A stretch of DNA of 63,973 bases, the filler included, from Reclinomonas americana ATCC 50394 (Eukaryota): assembly GCA_048213135.1 (NCBI GenBank). It is 7 parts of 3 records of this genome, joined end to end, with 100 filler letters (N's around TTAATTAATTAA, not from the genome) between each part and the next. Parts side by side here need not be neighbours in the genome. Positions count along the whole stretch, not along the records: positions 48,754 to 55,602 come from PS015112.1; positions 55,703 to 60,517 come from PS015112.1; positions 60,618 to 62,389 come from PS015112.1; positions 62,490 to 63,973 come from PS015122.1; 3 more parts are not named here. One strand, written 5' to 3'. Below, one piece after another: positions 51,631 to 63,946 of this stretch. The first letter of the stretch is position 1; every line of letters begins with the position of its first letter. Made by a program: the position numbers and the translations under genes. A model generated the notes under the pieces. The model ran no database searches, had not been told where the DNA came from, and saw only the letters and a list, made by a program, of their open reading frames with translations.

Positions 51631-54600
51631 CTAGAAACGAAAGACCAGGTCGAACAGTGAACGCAAATCGTTGATGTTGGTGTTGCTGCCGCTGTTGCTG
51701 CTGCTGTTCTGTTGCAGCACACCGTCAATCCGGCGACTGAACTGATCACTGCCTACCTTCCGACACAGATGTTCCGCCGACACGTAACCAGTCGCCGGCC
51801 TGCGGCTCGCGATCGCATGAGCAAGAGCAGTCACGTCGTCCTTGACTTGCGCTCTCTCCTTGTCACCGACGGCATCCATCAGGACACCTGATAGGGTCAC
51901 CGCAAGGTCAACGTTGCCTGGATGCAAAGCGTTCAGCAGTACTTGACCTGTCGCAACGAGCCACACACTTCGGTAAGCAGACTCCCAACGTGGCACTTAC
52001 CTCTTTTATCACCACCGGGTTCGACAAGCGAATCATACCACATGCATAGAAGGATGCGCATCGTCCAAGTACACACACAAAAACAAAAGAACAGCAAACA
52101 AACATATATACACACACTCTCTCACTCACACAGAGGGAGAGAGTGAGAGGACTGCTGCAACATGACGAAGCGCCACTATTGGCTGCTGTGTTCTGCACCT
52201 TCTCTTTCTCTCTCTCTGTCTCTCAGCATCTCACAAAAGAGCACTCTTTCCCCCTACACCACTCTCAGTCGAAGCGACCGACTCCTTTGCTCTTGCTATC
52301 TCGACTTCAAAGGTCTTCATCTTTCCACTCCAACTTGAGCACGCAACTCGTCCGCAGAGGCATGTCACAGAACGTCGGTCCGTAGTACACCGACGCCACA
52401 GTCTTGTCGATGACGATGAAACGACGAAGCTCTTCGTCGGTAGGGCGTATGCCCTCGCTCACATGCTGCCAGGTATCCACACCTACGTCGGGAATGGCAT
52501 GCGGCGACGACAGCACGGCAAGCCACGACGCCGATGAGTTGTTCTCAATGTAGCGTCCAATCTGCTCATCACCACCATGTCTCAGCACGACATGCACACT
52601 TGCATAGCTGCACCCAGTTGATAAGCCACTCACCTCACACGTACGCTGCATCGCGCGCTCAACAGCTCCGGCATCAGCAAAGAGCAACTTGCACTGCTCG
52701 AGAATCACAACCTGTTTCTTGCCATCCGTCTCCACCACCGTCATGATGTCGCATCCATAGGCACCGTCGCTAGTCATCCGCACGACCGGAAGCATCTCGT
52801 TCGGCTGACGGACTTCCACTGGTACAGTCGCTTTCGTCTGTTGTTTCGACATGTCAGTCAATGTGCATGCAGCAGGTGCGGACTGCGCGAAGAAAAATCA
52901 CCTTGCTGGCAGCCTCCTCCTTCGTCAACCAAGAGGGTGACCAGCGCGGGCTGACCATGCTCACAGTCCCTCCGCAAAGCAATTCGGAGTTCCACAACAG
53001 GTGGCGACCCGAAGGACCTGAATAAAGCAGACCGCCGATAGGCACACAGGTTACGGAGCGCACATGAATCTGTCAGACACATCATACCTATTTTCGCACA
53101 CTCCAAACGAAAGACAGTAGCCAGCCGGGGCGCACGTATCGCGCCGGCCAAGTGTCGCTCAAGTTGCAAGGCAACATACGCGGTGCGCCATTCTCCAAAC
53201 GCCTCAAACGCCTTCAAATCGCTGCCTTCCACTCCGAGGCTCAAGCTGGCAACACACGCGGCCAGCTGACCAATACTGCCCGCTGCCTCCATGATGAACG
53301 CCGGTGGCACGAACACTCGGGACTTTATGTCACTCGAGCGATTAGCGGCATAAACACACACTCGCACATACATACACACGCGGTGCTGCGATCGAGAGAG
53401 ACACACCTCACGGAGAATCGCATATCCATGTGACTCGGCCTCCTCAATGAATGCGGGCTCAACGACCTTGGCGTCAATCGCAGCCAACAGAATCTTTTCC
53501 GACACTGGCGGAGGCTTGTCAGAGCTGAATAAACTGTCGGCATCAACGTGAAGTTTCACGTCATCGACTGTCAGCAACACGTCCTCTGCGTCTCCAGCGC
53601 AGATAAGCAATTCTGTGCACACAATACAGCGGATCGACGAACAATGCACACGCAACGAGGGTTTCCGGCAGCAGTCTCCACCCTCAAGCACTCTGCAGCG
53701 GATTCAGGACAGGAGCTACAAAGAAAACACAGTACGAGAGTCGACGCAACCAACGGCAGCTGTGACCACCTCGATCTGAGATCGCGTCAAACAAGAACGA
53801 CTGTCGAGCAGAGTCCGCAGCGCTCGACTCGTTCGCCAGGCCACGCGAATCGATGCCGGGAGGCCGGCTGCAGTCGCGCCCGTACCTGCGTACTTCGTGG
53901 TTGGCATGCGTGCGCAAAGACACACACTTCGGTTCTGACCACTTGGCGAGCTGCCTCACTTTCAATAACTATTCTCTCAATCCGATACTCCAGCGCGCGC
54001 GACAATTCTTTGCTCACAGCGTCCTCTCACTGCTTGTGCCCAACGCTCTACTCTTCTTTCTTGGCGCTTTTAGTCACACGTGCAATTGCACAGAAAAGTG
54101 GCTACACGCACTCTTGTACGCAACTCGGCACAATCGTCTCGAATAATTGACGCATGAGCTCGTCTGTTTCCAGTGGAAGCAGTGGGATGCCGGGGACACG
54201 GTGGACCTTGACGCCGGAAAGTTCCGACAAAAGTTGTGCATCCACGGTAATGACGCCGGCAAGCATCGGCACCACAAGGGTCGGAGGTTTGCATACGTCG
54301 ATGAGGGCGTGCAACGCAAACTTGAGGCGCTGCCGACGGAAGCTCTGCGCATGGGAACCAGAGTAATGTTACCAGTGAGTTTGTCGTGGATAAGAGCGAA
54401 AGTTCACGTCGGTTGCAAATCAAGAGAACCTCTCTCGCTGAAGCACTGATTCTTAACGTATCCACTTCCCAGCTGTTGCACACAATCCGCTGCACGTCAT
54501 CCAGCAAGCAGACAACAGCCAATCTGCGAATGCAAGGTGATCAGGGACATCAAAGCTCATGGTTGCACTCGATAATACAAACTTGGCATCTGGCTTCAGC

Positions 54601-55314
54601 TTCTTGGCCTCAATGAGATCCAGACGGATGCACTGCATAGCAACCTCTGTTGAGAGCTTCCGCCACTCGGGATACGCATCGCAGATCTTGTTGAGGATGA
54701 GGTAGTCGGCCGTGTTCCGCTTGCAGAAATGCGACAGCAGCAACCGCCACGCGGTGGCCGATAGAATACTGTCCTTGGAGGGCGGCGTCTGCATGCCATC
54801 GTGCGCCGTGGAGTCCTCGCAGAAAGCGACTCCGCCGAGGTCATGTGCGTTGCCGTACGCCAAGCCCAGTCGGTGCACGAGATATCCCGCTGCATCGCAC
54901 ACAGATAAGTTGACAAGTGAACAACACCTCTTCCACTCCACATTACAGGCAAACTATCCTCTCACACCGTTATCTTTCGATCGCTGTGTGCATGCGTGTG
55001 CAAGTGCAGGAGAGCCACTCACCACTCTGCAGCTCCTTCTCAAACTCAGTCGCCGCCAACGTCATCTGCAGTGTCTTCCCAACACCCGCCGTGCCCATAA
55101 ACGCGGGCACTGGACAGCGGCACCAATTCGTCGACCCAGACAACCAGCGCTTCATGAGGCGACGCACAAAGCTCGTGGGCTCATCCTTGGGCAACACCGG
55201 AATGTGCAGCCTCATCTCGCCCGTATTCACGTCGACTGCAACACCGTGATTGCGAAACACGCTCTGCAACTCCTGCGGGAGAAAGCTGCTGATCGCCAGA
55301 GGAAAGTGATCGAT
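51631..55314 (-). CDS. Crinkler/RHS-type effector-like protein: P-loop NTPase + PD-(D/E)xK restriction-endonuclease fold + HhH-like tail; 5' incomplete, possibly degenerate
   Basis: Walker A GTAGVGKT, Walker B VCLLDDVQ, GAYGCDI...ILEQCK, YYGPTF, then after an intron LLNA...GV...AIASRRP..GY.S.EHL. One internal junction near 53070-53140 could not be phased. Confidence 0.65.
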
Positions 55315-55434
55315 CTGTAACAATCCATGAGTGAGAGAATGTGTCGGGGAAAGAACACGTTGAGAACACATACTCTTTCTGTCTCTCACACACGCACATA
55401 CATAAATACAGCCTTTTCTCACCCTCTCCCATCC

Positions 55435-55469
<35 letters not shown>

Positions 55470-55702
55470 CTCTCTTCCCCCCTCCCTCCCACCTCTGTGC
55501 ACGTCCCCAGTCATTCTCTCACACATATCCTTCACTCGTCCATCATCTTCGTTTCTGCCTCTGCCTCTGCGTCCTCATTCATCTCTCTCTCTCTCTCTCT
55601 CTNNNNNNNNNNNNNNNNNNNNNNNNNNNNNNNNNNNNNNNNNNNNTTAATTAATTAANNNNNNNNNNNNNNNNNNNNNNNNNNNNNNNNNNNNNNNNNN
55701 NN

Positions 55703-58421
55703 CGTCGCCACTTCAGCAGCACTGCCACTGCCTTCCCGCAACTACTCGCCACGTCACTGCTGGACAATGGCCGCCAAGTGCAGGCCACCATTCAACCTGC
55801 GCATGCCTCCAATTCAACTCACACTTTCCACGCGTGTTGGTTGCGCGACAATGCGCCCTCGCATCGCCAGCCCGGCACAGGACAACGCACAGTCTTTCCC
55901 TCCACCGATCTGCTGCAACGTCGCGTGATCAGCGCGCATCAGAGCAACCCCGCCACTGATGCAATGCATGTGGTGTTCGACGATGGGCATTGCTGCGATT
56001 TCCCGCTCTCGTGGCTCCTGCAGCACAGCTACAGTTGTAGCAGCAGTCACCATCGTGCAGCTTTACATAAGTCGCAGCTGGAGGTTCCGCGACTGTCGTT
56101 TGCACATGTGACGGGCAGTGATGCGGGGCGACTGGATTGGCACGAGGCTGTGGCGCGACACGGACTGTGCGTGGTGGAGCAGGTGCCGCGGGAGAGCGGG
56201 CAAGTGGTGGCGCTCGCGCGTCGGTTGATGGGCGCCGAGGTCATGTCGCAGTTGTATGGGCCGATGTTTGATGTGGAGGCGGTGAAGGACCCGATCAACA
56301 TTGCGTATACGGCGGAGGAGCTGGATCTGCACATGGATCTGGCGTATTATGAGTCGCCGCCGGGTATTCAGGTGGGTGGGGTGAGAAGGGGAAGGGGCGA
56401 GAAGGGGAAGGGGGAGGGAAGAAGGAGGAGGAGGAGGGGGGAGATTGAAGACGACCTCATCCCTGTTGGTTGAGGCTGCACCAGAGTGAGAGACGGGATT
56501 CGCCTTATTTGCCGTGCTTGTTCCCTGGGAGATGTTCTGAGTTGTATTTCGTGGAAGCCATTTCTGTGAATGGCTCTGCATTGCGCCGAGTGAGATCTTG
56601 ACGTCTGTTGGTTTGAGGCAGCACCAGAGGTGGGGAGGGATATGTCGTGCGTGTGTGTGTCAGTTCGCGTTGAGTGTGCAGAGTGAGATGTTCTCATCTC
56701 CTGTTGGTTGAGGTAGCAGCAGACGAGAGAAGGGATCGCCGTGTGTGCTGTTTGTTCTCAGGGAGTCGCGTTGCTTTCAATCTTGCCTATGTGAGTGTGT
56801 TGTGTGGAATTGGGATGGTTCAGCTGCGGATAAGTGTGAACACCTCTTCTCTGGTGAATCTGGCGGTGGGGAGGTGTTCTGCTCCTTGTTCTCGGATTCA
56901 CGTGCTGGTTTTGGAAAAGAGTGGCAGACGTTTTCTTGCGTGTGAGAGAGATCTATTCCTACAACAGAGTGGAGCTGGGATTGTCGCGTGTACTCTTCTT
57001 GTTCTCTGGTGCTGCTTACTTCCTGTGCATGTGCTGTTTGGGACTGAGATGATTCGCCTGTGTGGAGAGTAAGAACTCTTCATCTCCTGGTGATGCAGGC
57101 AGCGGCGACGTGAGAGAGTCTTCTGCCGCGTGTGTCTTGCTAGTAAGCAGGAACATGTGCTGCCCTCACGCGTTCCATGTTGTATTGCACTTTCAGTCTA
57201 CAACACAGTGTGAGAGAGATCTAATCTCCAGTTCCCTGAAGCAGCAACAGAGTGGAAAAGGGAATGCCGCGTATTCTCTTCTTGTTGGTGCTGCTTTCTG
57301 TGTTTAGCTGAGTGGGACTGTGATGGTACTCTTCATCTCCTGGAGATTCAGGAAGCGGCGAGGTGTTCTGCTATGCTGTCCTTGCTCTCTTGAACACATG
57401 CTGCCCTCACGCATTCCCCTGCCAACGAGTGAGAGAGACTGGAAGAGAGTGGGGGAAGCGTGTGAGATTCAGGTCTTCCTCTCCCCAACTCCAGAATCTT
57501 GTTGCAGATGAGAAGCAATCCTCCGCCCTTCCGTCTCTGTAACAACGTGTTGGGACTGCCCCTGCAGATCTAGGAGAGATTTCTCCCGCTCTTTGTTCGT
57601 CGATATCATTCTATTTCACCACTTCACATTTTCAATGTTCACCCTCCCTTTTCTTTGCTTCGTCCCCTTTCGCCTATTCTTTCTCTCTTATCTCCCTCTT
57701 CCTCCTTCCCTTTCTTTCCCTCTTCGCCATCAACCCCTTTCCCTCACATCCCCCTTTTCCCCTCTCCCTCGTGCAGTTCCTCCACTGCCTGCACTTTGAC
57801 GAATCAATCAAGGGCGGCGACAGCACCTTTGCAGACGCCTTTGCTGCGGCCGAGATGCTTCGCGAGCGCGATCCGCAGAGTTTTGAGACGCTGACGCGCG
57901 TGCCAGCCACCTTCCAAAAGGACCACATGCGCCGTGCAAATCCCGCACAAATGTACTACCAGCGCCCGCACATATCGGTCGACGCGAACGGGCAGGTTTG
58001 TCGCCCCTCCCCGCCACGCCACTCCCCCCTCTCTCCTCATTTTCCCTCCTCACACGCCTTGCAGATTCTGGGTGTGTTCTGGAGCCCGCCGTTCGAGGGC
58101 CCACTGAAAGTGGCGCCCGAGCAAGTGGTGCCCTACTATCGCGCCTATGTGGCCTTCCGCGACCTGCTTTCCCACCCCGACCACTTTGTCCGCTTCCGTC
58201 TGCGTCCGGGCGATGCTGTGTGTTTCAATCAGCGACGCATGCTGCACGGGCGGACGGGATTCGCCGGCCAGGAAGGTCTTCGGCACCTGCAGGGCACCTA
58301 CATGATGATTGACGAGTTCGTCAATCGATTGCGTGTGCTTCGTGTGCTGAGCGGTCGTGAGTGGGAGGGCCTCGGCAACGATGGTCTCTCCCGCATCGGC
58401 AACTCGTCGTGGACTCCGTGA
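55703..58421 (+). CDS. Gamma-butyrobetaine dioxygenase-like Fe(II)/2-oxoglutarate dioxygenase (TauD family), 5' incomplete; exons <55703-56371, 57777-57995, 58065-58421
   Basis: WLRDN...TGQR N-domain, IAYT..L.LHMDLAYYESPPGIQFLHC (HxD), GGDSTFAD, FNQRRMLHGRTGF and RHLQGTY. Confidence 0.92.
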
Positions 58422-58835
58422 GCGCGTACGTAGAGGAGACGGGAAATGAAGCATTAGATTTATCTGAGGAAGGCAGAAGGCAGGAGTCAGCGGTTTCTTG
58501 CATGTGCAGTGTATTTAGGCTCAAGCAGGCGACAACAGCGTTCGACTTGATGTGAGTAATCGTCCCGTGAGTGGAGGACATCCCATTTGATCGTCCCGTG
58601 TACACCCATGTCCTCGCCTCCTCCCTCTCTCCCCTGCAGAATCTTGTGTGGCCACAGTGCATGCNNNNNNNNNNNNNNNNNNNNNNNNNNNNNNNNNNNN
58701 NNNNNNNNNNNNNNNNNNNNNNNNNNNNNNNNNNNNNNNNNNNNNNNNNNNNNNNNNNNNNNNNNNNNNNNNNNNNNNNNNNNNNNNNNNNNNNNNNNNN
58801 NNNNNNNNNNNNNNNNNNNNNNNNNNNNNNNNNNN

Positions 58836-59103
58836 GGGCGCCGGTCCCGGCATGTGGTTCAGCACGGTGGCAGCCAGCTTGGGCGTCGATGCGGTGCGCA
58901 CCGTTGGGTCGCTGCTGCCTGTACACCTCGTGGCTGATGCGCACGGGGCTCTCCAGAGCGCTGTCGTAGCGGTAATAGGCGCCGATCTCGGTCTTCCACA
59001 CGCGCGGGAAGTCGCCTTGCTGCGCGCGCACGTAGGCGGCTGGCTTGTGTTCGTGGCCCTCCTTGAGCTGAGCGGCGGTGAAGTGCTTGACCGGGGAGGA
59101 CAT
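58836..59103 (-). CDS. Small hypothetical protein, 3' end in a gap
   Basis: ATG-initiated GC-rich frame MSSPVKHFTAAQLKEGHEHKPAAY...; no family recognised. Confidence 0.4.
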
Positions 59104-59500
59104 GTTGGTGGAGGTGGAGGCGAAGGGTCAGTGGTCTGTGCGCTGCGGTGTGTGATGGATTTCGAGTGGTTGTCCTTCATGACCGCGGGAGGGAGGGACC
59201 GACGTCGCCTGTCGTTGGCTTCCCCAACCGCTGTGCACGGGGGAAGGCGACATCGGATCTCTGTCACAAAGAAGCAACTGAGCAGGGTTTTGCAGAAAGG
59301 ACGGAAGGAGAAAAGGACAGCTTCCCCGGTGTCGTCTCGCTGCACTCTTTTTACCAATACAGTCGCCGGCACAGTGCCGATGAACAAATACCTCTGCATT
59401 CTCGACTGGAAACTGCGCAGCACGGAAGAAGGCACTACGAAGACTCTCCTCAGCCTCACATTGATACACCAGCACAAGGGGGAGACACCGTTCATGGCCA

Positions 59501-60517
59501 TCAAAATCCCTTTCCGAAGCATCGGAAACCCAGCACCTCCGCATCCTCCACCAAGAAACAACGCAGCACGATCTCCACCAGGCAGCGAGGATCCTCTTCG
59601 CCCTCTTCTTCCGCCATCTCCTGCACAGCATGCATCGCCGAACGAGCGAAGTCGAGCTCCTGTCGAGCCAGACCACACGGTGTAGACCACACTCGCACTG
59701 TTCTGTCATGACTGCCACTCACGATGTGCTGCCCATCGCGAGCGACGGCGACGAACGTCACACCCGCAGTGTGGCCTTCCAACCGTCGCACTTCTTCTCC
59801 GCTCGTAAGCGACCACACACGCACGGTCTTGTCAGCACCGCCACTCACCACATGCCGACCATCGGGGGTAACGGCGACTGACAACACCACCCTACTGTGT
59901 CCCTCTATCCGCCGCATCTCCACGCCACTCGCCATTGACAACACTCGAACTGCCATATCCTTCCAACTTGTCACAATGTGGTGACCATCGGGAGTGACGG
60001 CAACTGATATCACCATCTCAGTGTCTGCCTCCAAGTAACGCAACTCCTTTCCACTCGCCAGTGACCACACTCGGATTGTCTTGTCATCGCTGCAGCTGAC
60101 CACTTGCTGACCATCGGGAGTGACGGCCACAGACCACACCGCTCCAGTGTGTCCTTCAAACAGTCGCACCTCGACGCCACTCGCCACAGACCACACTCGC
60201 ACTGTCCCGTCATCGCTCCCGCTGATAATGTGCTGCGAATCGGGAGTGATGACGACTGTGCCCACCTCCCCCACGTGCCCTTCCAGCTGTCGCACCAAAT
60301 GTCCACTCGCAGCAGACCACATGCACACAGTAGTATCATAATTACCGCTCACAATGTACTCGCCATCAGGAGTGACAGTGACAGAGCACGCCATCGAGGC
60401 ATGCCCCTCCAACCGTCGCACTTCTTCACCACTCGCCAGTGACCACACTCGCACTGTCTTGTCGGCACTAGCGCTGACGATGAATTCGCTGTTGGGAGTG
60501 ATGGCGACAGATGACAC
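59501..60517 (-). CDS. Intronless WD40-repeat protein, paralog 3, 5' truncated by a gap
   Basis: Same repeat consensus and the same tail WSTPCGL.RQEL...EEDPRCLVEIVLRCFLVEDAEV. Confidence 0.92.
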   Translation of the reverse strand: MSSVAITPNSEFIVSASADKTVRVWSLASGEEVRRLEGHASMACSVTVTPDGEYIVSGNYDTTVCMWSAASGHLVRQLEGHVGEVGTVVITPDSQHIISGSDDGTVRVWSVASGVEVRLFEGHTGAVWSVAVTPDGQQVVSCSDDKTIRVWSLASGKELRYLEADTEMVISVAVTPDGHHIVTSWKDMAVRVLSMASGVEMRRIEGHSRVVLSVAVTPDGRHVVSGGADKTVRVWSLTSGEEVRRLEGHTAGVTFVAVARDGQHIVSGSHDRTVRVWSTPCGLARQELDFARSAMHAVQEMAEEEGEEDPRCLVEIVLRCFLVEDAEVLGFRCFGKGF

Positions 60518-61101
60518 NNNNNNNNNNNNNNNNNNNNNNNNNNNNNNNNNNNNNNNNNNNNTTAATTAATTAANNNNNNNNNNNNNNNNNNNNNNNNNNN
60601 NNNNNNNNNNNNNNNNNCAGCAGTCTTCATCTCTCACCTTCTATCTCTGATCACTGCAAGTACATCTCAGATCTTCCACAGCTTGTTCCCTCTCGAGCTT
60701 TCTTTCTCTCTCTCCCCCTTGCTCTCGTCGCCCAACATCGCCCTCCCCCCGTTCCCTCCCGCGCCGCGTGCGTGTGACCTGGAGATGGAGAGAGGTCGAA
60801 AAACGGAGAAAACGGCCTTGCCTGCGAGCAAGTATTCTGTTTCGGGCTCACTTGTGTGCATGAGAGAAGAACGGTTAGAGAGAGGCATGGCAAGTGCTGC
60901 TCATGCAAAGCAGTCTTCGTCTCTCGCACTCTATCTCCGATCACGGTCTTCAGATATTCCACAGCTTGTTCCTCTCGAGCTTCCTTTCTCTCTCTCTTCA
61001 TCTTTCTCTCCCCATCCCCTCGCTCCCTCCCGCGCTGCATTGTGTGTGTGTTTTTCTCTCTCTTTTGCTCTCTTCGCCCATCCTCTATCCCCCTCTCCCC
61101 T

Positions 61102-61362
61102 CTACTCACCATGCCCGCCAATCGACCCCGGCGCTCTCCTCGCCCAACTGGCGCCACCTCGCTGTCCACCACCACGCGCCTCCTTCAGCATGTTGACAAT
61201 ACCATACAGCAGCGGCCTGATACACGCGATGTGAGACTGGGAAGCTCGCCAACTTAAACACACCAGAGTGGGTACGCAACACAGAGCCCGATCGCTGCGT
61301 CTCCGACACATGCAGCTGCTGTGTGACGAATCGACGATCCAGTGACTCGGGCTGACCGCTCT
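61102..61362 (-). CDS. FOPNL: FOPNL/FOR20/CEP20 (LisH centrosomal protein), 3' exons 61362-61281 and 61216-~61102
   Basis: ESGQPESLDRRFV..QL.V...VPLLYGIV matches the C-terminal half of the family. Confidence 0.8.
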   Translation of the reverse strand, partial: RAVSPSHWIVDSSHSSCMCRRRSDRALCCVPTLVCLSWRASQSHIACIRPLLYGIVNMLKEARGGGQRGGASWARRAPGSIGGHGE

Positions 61363-62269
61363 CTACAAACAAAGTGAGCAATCGACGGGCGTAGTGAAGG
61401 CTCAACATCGATTGCGTGNNNNNNNNNNNNNNNNNNNNNNNNNNNNNNNNNNNNNNNNNNNNNNNNNNNNNNNNNNNNNNNNNNNNNNNNNNNNNNNNNN
61501 NNNNNNNNNNNNNNNNNNNNNNNNNNNNNNNNNNNNNNNNNNNNNNNNNNNNNNNNNNNNNNNNNNNNNNNNNNNNNNNNNNNNNNNNNNNNNNNNNNNN
61601 NNNNNNNNNNNNNNNNNNNNNNNNNNNNNNNNNNNNNNNNNNNNNNNNNNNNNNNNNNNNNNNNNNNNNNNNNNNNNNNNNNNNNNNNNNNNNNNNNNNN
61701 NNNNNNNNNNNNNNNNNNNNNNNNNNNNNNNNNNNNNNNNNNNNNNNNNNNNNNNNNNNNNNNNNNNNNNNNNNNNNNNNNNNNNNNNNNNNNNNNNNNN
61801 NNNNNNNNNNNNNNNNNNNNNNNNNNNNNNNNNNNNNNNNNNNNNNNNNNNNNNNNNNNNNNNNNNNNNNNNNNNNNNNNNNNNNNNNNNNNNNNNNNNN
61901 NNNNNNNNNNNNNNNNNNNNNNNNNNNNNNNNNNNNNNNNNNNNNNNNNNNNNNNNNNNNNNNNNNNNNNNNNNNNNNNNNNNNNNNNNNNNNNNNNNNN
62001 NNNNNNNNNNNNNNNNNNNNNNNNNNNNNNNNNNNNNNNNNNNNNNNNNNNNNNNNNNNNNNNNNNNNNNNNNNNNNNNNNNNNNNNNNNNNNNNNNNNN
62101 NNNNNNNNNNNNNNNNNNNNNNNNNNNNNNNNNNNNNNNNNNNNNNNNNNNNNNNNNNNNNNNNNNNNNNNNNNNNNGAGAGAGAGAGAGAGAGAGCTGA
62201 CAGTGACGTAGAGGCGTACTAACACGCACGTACTGCAATCCCACTCTCTTCTCATCCTTCACTGTGCAG

Positions 62270-62384
62270 GAGGACTCTGGCCTGCCACCTCCACTCTCCG
62301 AAGAGAACCTCCTCATCAACGAGCTCATCCGTGAGTACCTCGAGTACAACAAGTATCGACACACAATGTCGGTGTTCCTGCCTG
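62270..62384 (+). CDS. FOPNL: FOPNL/CEP20 LisH exon, in opposite orientation on a small gap-flanked contig
   Basis: PPPLSEENLLINELIREYLEYNKYRHTMSVFLP. Its terminal G plus AG at 61362-61361 forms the Glu of ESGQP. Confidence 0.85.
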
Positions 62385-62585
62385 GTGTGNNNNNNNNNNN
62401 NNNNNNNNNNNNNNNNNNNNNNNNNNNNNNNNNTTAATTAATTAANNNNNNNNNNNNNNNNNNNNNNNNNNNNNNNNNNNNNNNNNNNNCTCTCCTCCTC
62501 CTCCTCTTCTCTTCTCTCTCTCTCTCTCTCTCTCTCTCCTCCTCTCTCTCTCTCTCTCTCTCTCTTCCCCTCAACCACCGCGCAG

Positions 62586-63946
62586 CTGGCACGTTCCGCC
62601 GCGGTGCACCGGGAACCTCGGAGACCTGCATGGTGTGCTTTGAGGAGCTGCCGGGTCCGGAGCTGGCGTCGCTGTCGTGCGGACACATGTTTTGTGAGAC
62701 GTGCTGGCAGGGCTTCTTGGCGGCGTCTGTGGACGAAGGTGCGTGTGTGTGTGTGTGTGCCCTGCGGAACGAGTGCGGATGTGCTTCTCACTCGCAAATT
62801 CGGCACAGGTTTCGGCTGCATCCACAAGACGTGCATGCATCCCGACTGCGACGTGATTGTCGACAGCCAGGCGTGGGAGGAGCTCGGCGACGAGGCGACC
62901 GTCGAAAAGTACAAGATGTTCCTGGCTCGCTCGTTTGTGCAGGATGTTGCGTGCCCGTGGCGTCTGTTGATTGCACCATCCCAATTGTTGTTTTCTAACG
63001 TGGAGACACAGAACCCCAAACTGCGATGGTGCCCGGCGCCTGGCTGTGGCAAGGCCATTTTCGTCAGCACCACCACTCGTCTCACCGTGCGCTGCCAGTG
63101 TGGTCTCGATTTCTGGTACGCAATTCAATCTCTCGTGCCTTTAGCGATGCCGCCGCCAACTCTTCCCCCTGTCGCGCACAGTTTCCAATGCAACGATGAG
63201 GCACACGGGCCGGCTACGTGCGAGGAAGTGAAGAGGTGGGTGAAGCGCGAGACCGACGACGGCGCAACAGCCGACTGGATGTCGGCCAACAATGTCAAGA
63301 ACTGCCCGTTCTGCACGGTCAAAGTGTTCAAGGTGCGCCGTTTTGTGTTTTCTCGCGTCATTCGGTCGCCGGTTACTTACTTATCACAATGCTCGTCACG
63401 TCAACAGCAAGACGGCTGCATGAGTATGACGTGTTCGCAGTGTCGGGTGCGTTTCTCCCCTTTGTTGCTTCATGCTTCTTGTGTAGCGACTGACTGACTG
63501 ACTCTTGCGTGTGCAGAAAGTTGAGCGTTTCACCTGCTTTGCGTTCGGTGGTGGTGTAGAACACTCACTTTGTCGGTCTGTCTCTGACAGGAATTCTGCT
63601 GGGTGTGCCTCGGAGGTTGCGTGTGTGCCGTTGTTGTCGTCACACTGTGTGAGAGATGTGTTTGTCACACGCGTTTGTTCTCTGTCACAGCTGCACACGG
63701 TCACTTCTTCGAGGAGTCAGGGTGCGCATCATCGCCCTCGTTTCCCAACTCTCTCTCTTTCGGGTTGCTGATTGCATCATAACACGCACAGTTGCAACCG
63801 TTACAAGCCCAACAAGGATCCGAGGCTGAAGGAGACCAAGGAATCGCTCGAGCGCTTCACGGTACGCGTTGTCGTCGTCATCCATTCGCTCTCTTCTCGC
63901 TCACGACTGCTCTTGCCTGCCAACCATCACGCAGCATTACTACGAG
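62586..63946 (+). CDS. Ariadne-family RBR E3 ubiquitin ligase, partial at both ends
   Basis: RING1 CMVCFE..LSCGHMFCETCW..CMHPDC, IBR WCPAPGC..VRCQCG..FCFQC..EAHGPATC, RING2 KNCPFC..GCMSMTC..C..EFCWVC..H..CNRY, and SLERFTHYYE. Confidence 0.93.

Noticed and set aside
39464-62389. Ciliate-like gene scrambling or trans-splicing to explain opposite-strand exons
   Set aside because: Both cases coincide exactly with small gap-flanked contigs, and one inversion repairs two genes at once, so scaffolding error is far more parsimonious.
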